DNA from: an uncultured Actinomycetes bacterium
GTDB lineage: Bacteria > Actinomycetota > Thermoleophilia > UBA2241
Direction: 5' to 3'
Assembly (NCBI GenBank): GCA_963767005.1
Contig: CAVYCN010000002.1
Coordinates: 32,001-96,000, forward strand
DNA: 64,000 nt
Shown: in pieces, positions 10,280-20,088 of the stretch
How positions within the stretch are numbered: position 1 is the stretch's first letter
Layout: the number at the start of each line of letters is the position of its first letter
The notes under the pieces: model-generated
The model's database searches: none
Seen by the model: the letters and a program-made list of their open reading frames with translations, nothing else
Told to the model about the DNA's origin: nothing
Made by a program: the position numbers and the translations under genes

Positions 10280-11425
10280 CTACATGCCGACGGCGCCCGG
10301 CGCCGGCCGCGCGGCCCGGCCGGTCTGCACGTAGCTCACGATGCCGGTGCGGTCGACGAAGCCGATCAGGCGGCCGTCCTGGACCACCGCCAGGTAGTCC
10401 GCGTCGCTCGTGGCGAGGCGGTGGAAGGCGGCGGCGGCCGGCTCGTCGGGGCCGATCGTCTCCAGACGGGCGTGGGGTGTCATGGCATCGCGCACCTGGT
10501 CGACACCCCACGCGCTCTCGTCGGTGCGCTGCAGGTCCGACAAGCAGATCATGCCGGCCAGGACGCCGGCGCCGTCGAGCACCGGCAGGCAGCGCGCGTT
10601 GAACGGGGCGAAGTACCCGTTGACGGCCTGACGCAGGGTGACATCTTCGGGGATGCCGGTCGGCGGCACGGTCATCACCCGGCCGACCGGCACGCCGGCC
10701 AGGCTACCCTCGGCGCGGCTCTGGCGCACGGCCATCTGCGAGGCCTGCACCACGAACCAGCCGATGAAGGCCAGCCAGACGACGCTGACGTAGGCGTCGA
10801 GGCCGGTGTGGAACCCGACGAGCGAGGCCAGGCCCAGGGCGATCATGCCGTAGCCGACGGCGAGGCCGGCACGCGCAGCCCAGCGGGTCGCTTTGACCGT
10901 GTCGCGGGTCAACCACCAGAGGCCGGCGTGCAGCACCTTGCTGCCGTCGAGCGGGAAGCCCGGCAGCATGTTGAAGACGGCGAGCGCCACGTTGATGAAG
11001 CCGAGGTACACGAGCATGGCCTCGGCCACGCTCGAGGCCGGCGCCACCCGGGCGCCGAGCACGCAGGCCACGCCGATGACGAGACTCGAGAGCGGGCCGA
11101 CGCCGGCGAGGACCGCCTCGCGTCCAGGACTCGTCGCCTCGGACTCGATGGTCGAGACGCCGCCCAGCAGCCAGAGCGTGATGCCGCGCACCTCGATGCC
11201 CTGGGCGCGGGCCACGAACGAGTGAGCGAGCTCGTGCGCGAGCACCGACGCGAAGAACAGCAGTGAGCTCAGGACGGCGACCGTCCAGAGGGTCGCCGTC
11301 GACCATGGCTCATAGCGGAACGATGTCCCCACCGTCCAGGTCACGAGCACGAAGATCAACAGCCAGCTCGGCGACACGCTGATGTCGATGCCGAACAGGC
11401 GCGCTATCTTGAAGCCGGACCCCAT
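10280..11425 (-). CDS. Site-2 protease (peptidase M50) with C-terminal CBS pair
   Basis: HELAH zinc motif, FNMLPGFPLDG, CBS-like C-terminus. AAGGAGG RBS. Confidence 0.9.
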   Translation of the reverse strand: MGSGFKIARLFGIDISVSPSWLLIFVLVTWTVGTSFRYEPWSTATLWTVAVLSSLLFFASVLAHELAHSFVARAQGIEVRGITLWLLGGVSTIESEATSPGREAVLAGVGPLSSLVIGVACVLGARVAPASSVAEAMLVYLGFINVALAVFNMLPGFPLDGSKVLHAGLWWLTRDTVKATRWAARAGLAVGYGMIALGLASLVGFHTGLDAYVSVVWLAFIGWFVVQASQMAVRQSRAEGSLAGVPVGRVMTVPPTGIPEDVTLRQAVNGYFAPFNARCLPVLDGAGVLAGMICLSDLQRTDESAWGVDQVRDAMTPHARLETIGPDEPAAAAFHRLATSDADYLAVVQDGRLIGFVDRTGIVSYVQTGRAARPAPGAVGM

Positions 11426-11544
11426 GGTCCTCCTTGTTCGGGGCTCACCCCGGTTGTTCCCCCCGCGCCGACCGCCCGAACGACGGCCACGGGCAGGGGC
11501 CGGGCGGCGGTGCGGGCCGGCGGCGAGCTGCGGCCGCGGGACGC

Positions 11545-12858
11545 TCAGCCGCCGAGCTCGACGACCGTGTCGATGCCGTCGGCCACGGCCAGCACGCGGG
11601 CCCCGGGGCCGCGCACGCGGCGCGCCGCCGCGACGGCCTCGTCGATCGACTCAAAAGCGAGCAGGCCGCAGCCCTCGACGAGGTCGGGATCGCGCGCGCC
11701 GACAACGCCGACCCGGTACGTCGTCATGAGCTTGGCGACCATGTAGGCGCGCTGGCCGCCGGGGCCGAGCGGCTCGACGCAGCCGCGGGCGACCAGGTCC
11801 ATCGGCCGCCTGGTCTCGGCCAGGAGCGCGCCGAAGTTGACCTCGCCGGGGCCGTCGCCGACGCCGAGCGGCAGCTCGGCGCAGAACGCGATCAGGCCGC
11901 CCGGCACGAGCACCGGCCGGGCCGACAGGCCGACATAGGTGGCGGCTCGCGAGGCCTGGTAGAGGCTGCGGTCCTTGGGCTCCGGCACGCCGGCGACCAC
12001 CAGGTCGAACGGCGCGTCGTGGCGCCTCACCCAGGTGTCCCCGTGGTCGGCAACGAGGCGGCGCTGGGCGGCGGCGGGGTCGCCGGCGGCCACGCCGGCG
12101 ACCCCGCCGCCGCCGTCCACGACGACGTTCAGCGCGAAGCGCAGGGCGGTGGCGGCGGCGATCTCGCGCAGCGCCTCCTGGAACGGGTTGCCGTCGAGCC
12201 GGCAGAGACGCACCTCGGGGCGGTCGAGGAACACGGGGTGGTGGGTCCAGGCGATCGTCTCGCGGCCGGCGCAGCCGACCGCCACCGCCTTCACGCCGCC
12301 TGAGAAGCCGGCGTAGAGGTGGGGCTCGACGATGCCGACCGCCACCACGAGGTCGGCGCCCGCGACCGCCTCTTCGATCACGATGGGGCCGCGGCCGGCG
12401 ACCTCGCCCAGCGGCACGTTGCGCGGGCTCATGCCCTGGGCGTCGACCACACGCAGGCGCCGGGCGACGCCGGCGCCGACGAGGGTCTCGCGCTCGGCCG
12501 GGGTCGTCGTGCGGTGCAGCCCGCAGCCGATCACGACGCGGATGCGCTCGTCGCTCACCCCGGCCTGCGAGAGGCGCTCCAGCAGGGGCGGCAGGAGGGC
12601 CGCCACGGGGCAGCCACGGCTCGAGTCGGGCACCACGACGGCGACCTCGCGGGCGCCGGCGGCGAGGGCGGCGAGGGGTGGCGCCTGGATGGGCGCGTCG
12701 AGCGCCGCGGCCACCGCCGCCGGCAGGTCGCCGACCGCGGTCAGGAGCGCCGGTGGGTCGAAGGCGCAGGCCGCCGTCGCCGGCAGGCAGCGCCGGCCGG
12801 CCACCACCCAGGGGGCGCCGGCGAGGCCGTCCGCGCCGGGCGGCGGTGCGACGCTCAT
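11545..12858 (-). CDS. larA: LarA-family nickel-pincer (NPN)-dependent racemase/epimerase
   Basis: PDSSR, GCGLHR, EPHLYAGFSGGVK and SLYQA motifs. ATG overlaps the upstream TGA. Confidence 0.8.
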   Translation of the reverse strand: MSVAPPPGADGLAGAPWVVAGRRCLPATAACAFDPPALLTAVGDLPAAVAAALDAPIQAPPLAALAAGAREVAVVVPDSSRGCPVAALLPPLLERLSQAGVSDERIRVVIGCGLHRTTTPAERETLVGAGVARRLRVVDAQGMSPRNVPLGEVAGRGPIVIEEAVAGADLVVAVGIVEPHLYAGFSGGVKAVAVGCAGRETIAWTHHPVFLDRPEVRLCRLDGNPFQEALREIAAATALRFALNVVVDGGGGVAGVAAGDPAAAQRRLVADHGDTWVRRHDAPFDLVVAGVPEPKDRSLYQASRAATYVGLSARPVLVPGGLIAFCAELPLGVGDGPGEVNFGALLAETRRPMDLVARGCVEPLGPGGQRAYMVAKLMTTYRVGVVGARDPDLVEGCGLLAFESIDEAVAAARRVRGPGARVLAVADGIDTVVELGG

Positions 12859-13070
12859 GGCTCCGCCCGGCGCTGGGGCGGGCAGACCCAGAAGGCGACG
12901 AGCGCGGCGATCGCGCCCAGGGGCGGGAAGATCACGGCCAGCAGGAAGCCCCAGACGACCCAGGCCAGACGCGAGCGGCCGGTGCGCCGGGCGGTGCGCT
13001 GGCCGACGTAGAGGCAGACCGGGAGCTGGGCGGCGAACAGGAGCTGGGTGGCCATGGTCGAGAGGTGCAT
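12855..13070 (-). CDS. Small membrane protein (71 aa)
   Basis: Hydrophobic ORF filling the gap between pafBC and larA with tight start/stop coupling. Confidence 0.6.
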   Translation of the reverse strand: MHLSTMATQLLFAAQLPVCLYVGQRTARRTGRSRLAWVVWGFLLAVIFPPLGAIAALVAFWVCPPQRRAEP

Positions 13071-13072
13071 GG

Positions 13073-15316
13073 CTACGTGTATCGCCGCAGCAGCCGGGCG
13101 ACGAGGTCGCGCAGCGCGGCGACCGCCGGTTCGGGGGCGAGCGGCACGGCCGCGCCGGCGAAGTGCAGGAGCTCGTGGGTGAGCCAGCGCTCGTCGACGT
13201 AGGGTTGGGTCGCCAGGCAGGCGCCGCCCGGAACGGGTACCGCGGGCCCGCGCTCGGCCACGTAGCGTGCGACGTCGGGCGCGTACCAGACGAGCGCGCT
13301 GCGCGGCGCGTGGCGGGCTGCGCTGCGCACGCCCTCGCGGCGGTAGAGCTCGACCTCGACCTCGGGGCGCGGCGCGAAGCGCTCGCCGCGCAGCGCCGCC
13401 CGCTTGGTGGTGGCGATCCGGAAGGTGCGCGTGCCTTGCGAGCGCCGGCACCAGGCGACGTAGTACCACTCGCCCCGGGTGCGCACCAGCAGGTACGGCT
13501 CAACCGTCCGCGTCGTGGTCGTGCCGCTGCCCTCCGACCAGTACTCGATGTCGAGCAGACGGTGCTCGCCGACGGCCGCGCTCACCGCGTCGAGGATCGG
13601 CTCGGCGGTGGGCAGCCGCTCGCCGGCGGCGACCGACGACGGCGCCGCGTGACGGGCGCGGCGCAGCTTCTGCGCCGCGCTGCGCAGCGCGGCGCCGTGC
13701 TCGATCGGGAGCTGCCCGCCGAGCACCTCGACGGCCAGCAGCAGCGTGTCGACCTGTAGCGGCGACAGGCGGGCCGGCCGCGCGAACGCCGAGCTCGCCA
13801 CGTCGCAGGTGACGACCAGGTCCGGCCCCTTGACCTCGGCCCACACGAGGGTGCCCTCGCCGCCGAAGTTGACGAGGTTGAGGAGCCGCACGTCGGCGCG
13901 CAGCTCGGCCGGCGTGGTGTCGAGCCGGGCGCAGAGCTCGGCGACGGGCACGGGCGTCTCGTCGGCGCCGCCGGCCGCCCGGCAGACGTCGTGCAAATAG
14001 GTGAGCAGCGTGGTCAGGCGGGTGAAGCGGTCGGCTTCGACCTGCCAGTCGTCGGCGCCGCCGGCCGGTGCCGAGTCGGCGCGGGGAGTGGGCGAGCTGG
14101 CGGGCTCGTCGAGCCCGGCGGCGGCGAGCAGCGCGGCGGCGCGGCCGGCCTCGAGCGGCGGCCGCTCGAGCCGCCCGGCCAGGCGGCCGAGCTGGGCGCG
14201 CAGCTCGGCGCGCAGCGCCGGCGGCTCGACGAGCTCGGCCGCCGCCCCCATCGAGAGCACCCACTCGATGAGCTGCTGAGCCGAGTCGTAGGCGGTCGAG
14301 AACAGGATGTCGGTCTCGTCGCCGGCGCCGCCCGTGCCCGCATCACCGCCGTCGCCGCCCGCCCCGGAGCCGTCACTGCCGCCCGTGCCGGCGTCGCGGC
14401 CACCCTCGCCGGCGTTCAGGCGCGCGTCGTCGCCGGCCGGCGCGATCGTGCCGCAGCGCGCGAAGTGGGCCTCGACCCACCAGGCCATGCCGGCCGCCAC
14501 GCGCACGACGGCGTGGCCGACCGGCTCGCCGAGCTGCCAGGGCGGGCGGTCGAGGTAGCGGTCGATCGAGAAGTCGAGCGGCGCGCCGAAGTCGTGCGGC
14601 GCGCGCGTCGCGAAGGTCACGCGCGAGCGCAGGCGCGACAACCGGAAGGTGCGGATCGCCGTGCGCAAGTGGCAGAAGCCGACGAGGTACCACTCGTCGC
14701 CGACGAGCAGCAGGCCGTACGGGTCGACCGTGCGCTCGCGCTCCTCGTCGCGGCCGATCGAGTAGTAGAGGAAGGTCACCGTCTTGCCGGCGGCGACTGC
14801 CTGTTGCAGCTTGGGCAGGGCGCCGGCGGCGCGGCGCGCCTCGCGCTCGGGTAGCACGCTGATCGGTGTGGGGGCGGCCGGCGCGAGCAGCTCGGGCCGG
14901 CCGTGGGTCAGGCTGAGCAGGGCGAGGCGCAGCGGCTCGCTGTAGGCGAAGCGGTCCTCGAGCACGAACAGGCAGGCGGCGAGCGCCGAGAGCTCGGCCG
15001 GTGTGAGCTCGATGGCCGGCAGGTAGTAGGCCGACGCCGGCAGCGAGTAGAGCTCGGCCTCGCCACCCTCGCCGCCATCGGCGGCGATCGCGATGCCCAG
15101 GGCGGTGAGCTCGGCGCGGTCCTCGTAGAAGCGCCGCTTGAAGGCGTCGTCGCTCATGAGCGCATAGCCTTCGACGCGACGACGGATCTCGGCCGCGGTG
15201 GCGGGCCGCCCCGGGCGCGAGAGCAGGAAGGCGACGAGCGACAGCCGCCGGATCAGCTTGTCGGCGTCCTTCGAGAAGCCCTCCTCGCGGGGCGCGCCGC
15301 CCTGTCCGGGGCTCAC
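13073..15316 (-). CDS. pafBC: Fused PafB-PafC type transcriptional regulator with two HTH-WYL-WCX modules
   Basis: PafB-like N-terminus (AFKRRFYEDRAEL..LGI), first WYL (RTVDPYGL...WYLVG...RTFRLSR), second PafC-like module (RTVEPY...WYYVAWC...RTFR). GTG at 15316 overlaps the GNAT stop. Confidence 0.85.
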   Translation of the reverse strand: MSPGQGGAPREEGFSKDADKLIRRLSLVAFLLSRPGRPATAAEIRRRVEGYALMSDDAFKRRFYEDRAELTALGIAIAADGGEGGEAELYSLPASAYYLPAIELTPAELSALAACLFVLEDRFAYSEPLRLALLSLTHGRPELLAPAAPTPISVLPEREARRAAGALPKLQQAVAAGKTVTFLYYSIGRDEERERTVDPYGLLLVGDEWYLVGFCHLRTAIRTFRLSRLRSRVTFATRAPHDFGAPLDFSIDRYLDRPPWQLGEPVGHAVVRVAAGMAWWVEAHFARCGTIAPAGDDARLNAGEGGRDAGTGGSDGSGAGGDGGDAGTGGAGDETDILFSTAYDSAQQLIEWVLSMGAAAELVEPPALRAELRAQLGRLAGRLERPPLEAGRAAALLAAAGLDEPASSPTPRADSAPAGGADDWQVEADRFTRLTTLLTYLHDVCRAAGGADETPVPVAELCARLDTTPAELRADVRLLNLVNFGGEGTLVWAEVKGPDLVVTCDVASSAFARPARLSPLQVDTLLLAVEVLGGQLPIEHGAALRSAAQKLRRARHAAPSSVAAGERLPTAEPILDAVSAAVGEHRLLDIEYWSEGSGTTTTRTVEPYLLVRTRGEWYYVAWCRRSQGTRTFRIATTKRAALRGERFAPRPEVEVELYRREGVRSAARHAPRSALVWYAPDVARYVAERGPAVPVPGGACLATQPYVDERWLTHELLHFAGAAVPLAPEPAVAALRDLVARLLRRYT

Positions 15317-15792
15317 GGCGCGGCGCCGAGGTCGAGGGCGAGCAGCGTGCGGTACTCGTCGGCGAAGCCACGCCTGGCATAGAAGCCGCTGAGACCGTGG
15401 CTGAGCTCGCCGTCGGGCGTGACGGTGACGAGCAGCGCCTGGCAGCCCCGCTGCCGGGACCAGCGGGTCACGGCGCCGATGAGGGCGCCGGCGATCCCGT
15501 GGCCGCGCGCGGCCGGCACCACATAGAGGTCCTCGAGCTCGGCCGAGCGGGTGTACTCGACCGAGGCGGTCCAGGCGGCGGTGGCGATGCCGACCGCCCG
15601 GCGGGCGCCGCCGTCCTCGCGAAAGGCAAGGACGGCGGCGCAGTGCACCGGGTCGGCCAGCATCTCGGCGAGGCCGCGGCGCTGGGCGTCGGGCGGCGTC
15701 GTGAAGCCCTCCTCGCTGAAGAAGCGGCGCAGGAGGTCGACTGCGACCTCGACGGTCGCCTCGCCGACCGGTTCGATGACGACATCGGTCGT
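15313..15792 (-). CDS. GNAT-family N-acetyltransferase (start uncertain; ACG proposed)
   Basis: LEDLYVVPAARGHGIAG acetyl-CoA motif and FYARRGF. GNAT-like sequence extends upstream of the ATG at 15663 to an AAGGAGG RBS. Confidence 0.8.
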   Translation of the reverse strand, partial: TTDVVIEPVGEATVEVAVDLLRRFFSEEGFTTPPDAQRRGLAEMLADPVHCAAVLAFREDGGARRAVGIATAAWTASVEYTRSAELEDLYVVPAARGHGIAGALIGAVTRWSRQRGCQALLVTVTPDGELSHGLSGFYARRGFADEYRTLLALDLGAAP

Positions 15793-15843
15793 CGTGACCT
15801 CCTTCGGCTGTCCGCCGCCGGCCCGCCGGCGCGTCCGGCGTCG

Positions 15844-17301
15844 CTAGACGGCCTGGCGCTCGGCCGCGGCGATGATCGCGTCGAACTCGCGGCCGAGGTC
15901 GTCGGGAAAGCCGATCGGCTCGGCCGCCAGGATCTCGCGCACCTTGTCCTGCGCCTTTTCGACCGTGCTCTTGCCGCCGGCCGCCTTCCAGGCCTCGTAG
16001 TTGCCCGTCTCGCCGAGCTTGGCCTGCCAGAGCTCGCGCACGTGCTTGCGGGTGTGCCCGTCGAACAGGTAGTTGCCGTTGAAGCCCATCTTGACGATAA
16101 GGTCGCGGGCGATCGTCTCGTCGGTCACCTCGACGCCGCGCAGCATGCGCTTGACCATGCCGAGGATCTCGTCGTCGACCACCATGTTCTCGAGGCACAG
16201 GATGCGCGAGCCGTCGAGCAGGCCGGTGCCGAACGTCACGTCGGCGCCGTTGGCGTAGGCCATGAACATGGCGAGCGCGTTCTCGTAGGCGCTCTGGATA
16301 CCGGGCTCCTTGGCCGTGGTCGCACCGGCGCCGTACCAGGCCGGCACGCCGTAGAAGTCGGCCATGTGGCCCTGCACGGCGCGGATCAGGATGGCTTCGG
16401 GCGAGTTGCTCGCGTAGGCCCCGCTCCCCATGTACATCGCGGTCGGGCCGCCGCCGTGGATGACCGGCGCGCCCGGGCTGGCGAGCTGTACGAGCGTCGC
16501 GCCGCTCACGAACTCGGCGTTGTTCACGACGGCCGATCCAGCGATCGTGATGGGGCCGGTCGCGCCGAGGATCGGCATGGGGTAGAAGCTGATCGGGATA
16601 CCGGCGTCGGCGAGGGTGAGGGCGAGGTCCATGCCGAAGCGCTCCTGGTGGAGCGGGCTCACCGTGCAGATGATGGCGGTGAAGGTCGGCCGCAGGCGCA
16701 GCTCGTCGCGGCCGCCGGCGAGGGCGACGCCCATCTCGATCAGGCTGCGCGCCTCCCAGTCCTCCTTGATAGAGACGACGATGCTGTGCTTGGCCGAGTT
16801 GCGCACGCAGGCGTCGAACTCGTGCAGCACGCGGCTCTGGATGGGGCAGTCCTGGGCCGAGACGACCGCGCTCGTCGCACTCACATTGTCGAGCGCCTGG
16901 ACGACGCGGGCGCAGTTCTCGAGGTCTTCCTTGCGCGAGGGCCGTACCACGCCGGTGACCGGGTCGCGGTAGGACACGCCGCAGCCGTCGGACGAGATGT
17001 AGATGTGCTCGCCGTCGAGCGGCAGGTCGTACTCGGGCGTGCGGCCGCCCAGGGTGAACTCGTGCGGCACGCTGGCGAGCGCCCGCTCGACGACCGCGCC
17101 CGGGATCTTCGCGACCGAGGTCTCCCGGTCGACCGTGGCGCCGTGCTCCTCGAGCACGTCGAGCGCCCGCTGCGAGAAGAACATGACGCCGACGTTCTCG
17201 ATCACGTCGAGCGTCGCCTCGTGGATCTGACGGATCTCGGCGGCGTCGAGGAGATCGAGCTTGACGCGCTTGCCGACATAGCAGCCGTCTGCGTAGGTCA
17301 T
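15844..17301 (-). CDS. MttB (trimethylamine methyltransferase) superfamily protein, non-pyrrolysine
   Basis: IHEATLDVIENVG, VSPL, GATGPITIAGS..NNAE, AKEPGIQSAYE, GLLD, VVDDEI motifs. No in-frame TAG; the Pyl-equivalent position reads Ala by my alignment. Confidence 0.88.
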   Translation of the reverse strand: MTYADGCYVGKRVKLDLLDAAEIRQIHEATLDVIENVGVMFFSQRALDVLEEHGATVDRETSVAKIPGAVVERALASVPHEFTLGGRTPEYDLPLDGEHIYISSDGCGVSYRDPVTGVVRPSRKEDLENCARVVQALDNVSATSAVVSAQDCPIQSRVLHEFDACVRNSAKHSIVVSIKEDWEARSLIEMGVALAGGRDELRLRPTFTAIICTVSPLHQERFGMDLALTLADAGIPISFYPMPILGATGPITIAGSAVVNNAEFVSGATLVQLASPGAPVIHGGGPTAMYMGSGAYASNSPEAILIRAVQGHMADFYGVPAWYGAGATTAKEPGIQSAYENALAMFMAYANGADVTFGTGLLDGSRILCLENMVVDDEILGMVKRMLRGVEVTDETIARDLIVKMGFNGNYLFDGHTRKHVRELWQAKLGETGNYEAWKAAGGKSTVEKAQDKVREILAAEPIGFPDDLGREFDAIIAAAERQAV

Positions 17302-17527
17302 GGTGGTCGGTCCTTTCGGCGTGAAGGGGTGCGCGACGGGAGCGCTCGCGGCCGCCAGGCCCGGGCTCCCGCGCGTCCGACGGGACGGATGGTCCTACGC
17401 GGCGGGGTGGTCGCGCGCCGCCGACTTGAGGCGAGTCCGCGTCAAGAGCGCTCCTTCAGCTGGTGCCGGCCGCCCCGCTCCCTTCGCGGGGAGCGCCAGA
17501 AAGGTGTCGCCGACTGCCCAGAGTCTA
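17302..17527 (-). promoter_or_regulatory. Internal promoter and structured ~215-nt 5' leader of the downstream mttB-like gene
   Basis: Minus-strand TAGACT -10 at 17527-17522. Hairpins at 17476-17495 and 17425-17446. Long-range complementarity 17446-17454 with 17339-17347. Confidence 0.45.
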
Positions 17528-17542
17528 CATCGCCGCGAGCCG

Positions 17543-18988
17543 TCACTGGGCCGCCGCGGCGATGATCGCGTCGAACTCGCGGCCGAGGCCGGCGGGAAAC
17601 TCGGGCACCGGTGCGGCGAGCAGCTCCTCGACCCGGGCGTGGGCCACGTCGGCCGTGCCGCGCGCGCCGGCCGTCTTCCAGGCCTCGTAGGTGCCGGTCT
17701 CGCCCAGCCTGGCCTGCCAGAGCTCGCGCACGTGCTTGCGGGTGTGGGAATCGAACAGGTAGTCGCCCTTGAAGCCCATCCGGGCGATGAGGTCGACGGC
17801 CAGGTGCTCGCGGTCGACCGTCACGCCCTGCAGCAGGCGGCTCACCATGCCGAAGACCTCGTCGGCCACGACGAGTTCCTCGAGCGACATCTGCGTGACC
17901 GAGTCGAGCAGGCCGGCCCCGAACAGAAAATCGGCGCCGGCGAACAGCTCGAGCATGAGCCCGAGTGTGTTCTCGTAGGCCGCCTGCACGCCGGGCTCCT
18001 TGCCCTTCGTGCCGCCCCAGCCCAGGCCGGCGGGCATGCCGTAGAAGGCCGCCATCTGGCCCTGCACGGCGCGCAGCAGGAGCGCCTCGGGCACGTTGGC
18101 GAAGTAGGCTCCGGTGCGCATGAACAGGGCGGTCGGTCCGCCGGCGTGGATGAGCTTGGCGCCGGGGTGCGCGAGCTGGATCGCGGTGATGGCGCCCAGG
18201 ATCTCGGCGTTGTTGACGACCGCGGTGCCGGCCGGCGTCACCGGCGCCGTCGCGCCCAGGATCGGCATGGGGTAGAGCATCATCGGGATGCCGGCCTCGG
18301 CGAGGGTGAAGGCGAGGTCCATGCCGAAGCGCTCCTGGTGCAGCGGGCTTACCGTGCACAGGATGACCGAGAAGGTGGGGCGCTCGTCGAGCTCGCGGGC
18401 GCCGCCGGCGACCGCCTCGGCCATGCGGATCAGGCTGCGCGCCTCCCAGTCCTCTTTGAGTGAGACGACGATGGTGTGCTTGGCCGACGAGCGCATGCAG
18501 GCGTCGAACTCGTGCAGCACGCGCGTCTCGACCGGGCTGTCCTGGGCCGACACGAGGGCCGACGTGGCTGAGATGTTGTCGAGCCCCTGCACCACGCGGG
18601 CCGCCGCCGCGACGTCGGCCTTGGTCGAGGGCCGCACCGAGCCGTCGTGCTCGCGCACGAACGTGGCGCAGCCGTCGGAGGTGATGTAGGCGTGCTCGCC
18701 GTCGAGCGGCAGGTCGTACTCGGGGGTGCGGCCGCCGAGCGTGAAGCGCCGCGGCAGGGTGGCCAGGGCCCGCTCGACCACCTCGGGCGGCAGCTTGGCG
18801 ACCGTGGTCTCGTAGTCGACCTCGGCGCCGGCCTCGGCCAGCACGTCGAGGGCGCGCTTCGAGTAGTAGACGCAGCCGACCTCGTGCAGGATGTCGAGCG
18901 AGGTCTCGTGGATGCGGCGCACCTCGTCTGGCGAGACGATCTGGAGCGGCCGGCGCGAGCCGACGCGGCGGGTATCGGCGTGGGTCAC
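17543..18988 (-). CDS. Second MttB-superfamily methyltransferase paralogue, non-pyrrolysine
   Basis: Strongly similar to 15844-17301 (shared LGGRTPEYDLPLDGEH, VSPLHQERFGMDLA, TRKHVRELWQA). GTG at 18988 with AAGGAG RBS. Confidence 0.88.
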   Translation of the reverse strand: MTHADTRRVGSRRPLQIVSPDEVRRIHETSLDILHEVGCVYYSKRALDVLAEAGAEVDYETTVAKLPPEVVERALATLPRRFTLGGRTPEYDLPLDGEHAYITSDGCATFVREHDGSVRPSTKADVAAAARVVQGLDNISATSALVSAQDSPVETRVLHEFDACMRSSAKHTIVVSLKEDWEARSLIRMAEAVAGGARELDERPTFSVILCTVSPLHQERFGMDLAFTLAEAGIPMMLYPMPILGATAPVTPAGTAVVNNAEILGAITAIQLAHPGAKLIHAGGPTALFMRTGAYFANVPEALLLRAVQGQMAAFYGMPAGLGWGGTKGKEPGVQAAYENTLGLMLELFAGADFLFGAGLLDSVTQMSLEELVVADEVFGMVSRLLQGVTVDREHLAVDLIARMGFKGDYLFDSHTRKHVRELWQARLGETGTYEAWKTAGARGTADVAHARVEELLAAPVPEFPAGLGREFDAIIAAAAQ

Positions 18989-20088
18989 GGGTTCTCCTTG
19001 CGGTCGGGACGGACGACGGCGCCGGCGCTTGCCGGCGTACGGGTGACGAAGCGGCGGGAGACGAACGGCGAGGTCACGGCGCGCACGAGGGCGTCGTAGT
19101 CGACGGCGAAGGCAACGGTGTCGCCCGGGCGCAGCTCGCGCGGCGTGACGAGCACGGCCACGTCGCTCGTCATGCCGGCGACCCAGGCCCCGTCGAGCAG
19201 CGGCCGCAGGCCACCGGGCTCGCAGTCGCGCCGGCCGAGGGCGATCAGCGTGTACCAGGCGTCGTGGTCGGGCAGCGCCGTGTCGGGGGTGTGGCCGAAC
19301 GCGTCGCGGCCGGCGGGGCCGACCGGCGCCGGCGGCTTGCGCGACGACTCGAGCACGGTCGCGGTGAGCACGGGGTCGAAGCGTTCGAGGCCGGCGAGCG
19401 TCTCGCCCGAGACGAAATCGTAGCCGTAGAGGAGCCCGCCGCCGGCGCGCAGCTCGGTGCGAAACCGCGGCGTGAAGTCGTCGAGGCAGCTGAGGCAGAC
19501 GGTCCCGCCGACGGACAGCAGCGGAGCGTCGAGGTCGGCGGCGTCGGCGACCGTGGCCAGGACGTCCTCGGCCGCGCGCAGCAGCGCGACGCTGGGGAGC
19601 TGGCCCGACAGGCAGGCGAAGTTCACGGCGATGCCGCCGAGGGCGGTGCCGGGCAGGCCGGCGAGGCGGCTCGCCGCCTCGCCGGCCTGCCCGGGCAGCA
19701 CGCCCTCGCGGCGATCGCCGAGGTCGACGGTGAGCAGCAGCTCGATCGGCAGGCCTGGCGCGTGGCGGCCGAGCTCCTCGGCCGTGCCCGGGTCGCACAG
19801 CAGGATTCGTTCGGCGACCTGGGCCGCCGTCACGACGTCGTGGGGTCCGGGGGCGCGCAGCAGCGTGAGCGGCACGAGGGCGTGAGCGGCGAGCCGCACC
19901 AGCGCGGGCAGGCGCGAGTCGGCGAGGCCGGTGCAGCCGGCCTCGAGCATCGCCTGCCCGACGGCCGGCTCGCCGTCGACGGCCTTGGTCACGCCGACGA
20001 GCTCGATGCCGCGGGCGAGCAGGCGCGCGGCGAGGCTGCCCGTAGCGGCCGCGATGGCGTCGAGGTCGAAGGTCAGCTCAGGTTCCGT
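18985..20088 (-). CDS. Alanine/ornithine racemase family PLP-dependent enzyme (Orr-like); start uncertain
   Basis: GVTK PLP lysine, LADSR, VDLGDRREG, NFACLSG, GRDAFG and ALGRRD motifs. Confidence 0.8.
   Translation of the reverse strand, partial: TEPELTFDLDAIAAATGSLAARLLARGIELVGVTKAVDGEPAVGQAMLEAGCTGLADSRLPALVRLAAHALVPLTLLRAPGPHDVVTAAQVAERILLCDPGTAEELGRHAPGLPIELLLTVDLGDRREGVLPGQAGEAASRLAGLPGTALGGIAVNFACLSGQLPSVALLRAAEDVLATVADAADLDAPLLSVGGTVCLSCLDDFTPRFRTELRAGGGLLYGYDFVSGETLAGLERFDPVLTATVLESSRKPPAPVGPAGRDAFGHTPDTALPDHDAWYTLIALGRRDCEPGGLRPLLDGAWVAGMTSDVAVLVTPRELRPGDTVAFAVDYDALVRAVTSPFVSRRFVTRTPASAGAVVRPDRKENP

Noticed and set aside
15313-15846. Amber (pyrrolysine) readthrough from the mttB TAG into the in-frame GNAT
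   Set aside because: The frame is open, but the TAG sits at the natural C-terminus (the paralogue ends at nearly the same place with TGA), the linker is Arg-rich junk, the GNAT has its own strong RBS, and no pyl genes are present in the window.
17426-17520. Resemblance to a lysine riboswitch (GAGG...AAGAG...GAAAGG...GCCGA)
   Set aside because: It lies on the + strand, antisense to the flanking genes, and lacks the 3' half of the aptamer.
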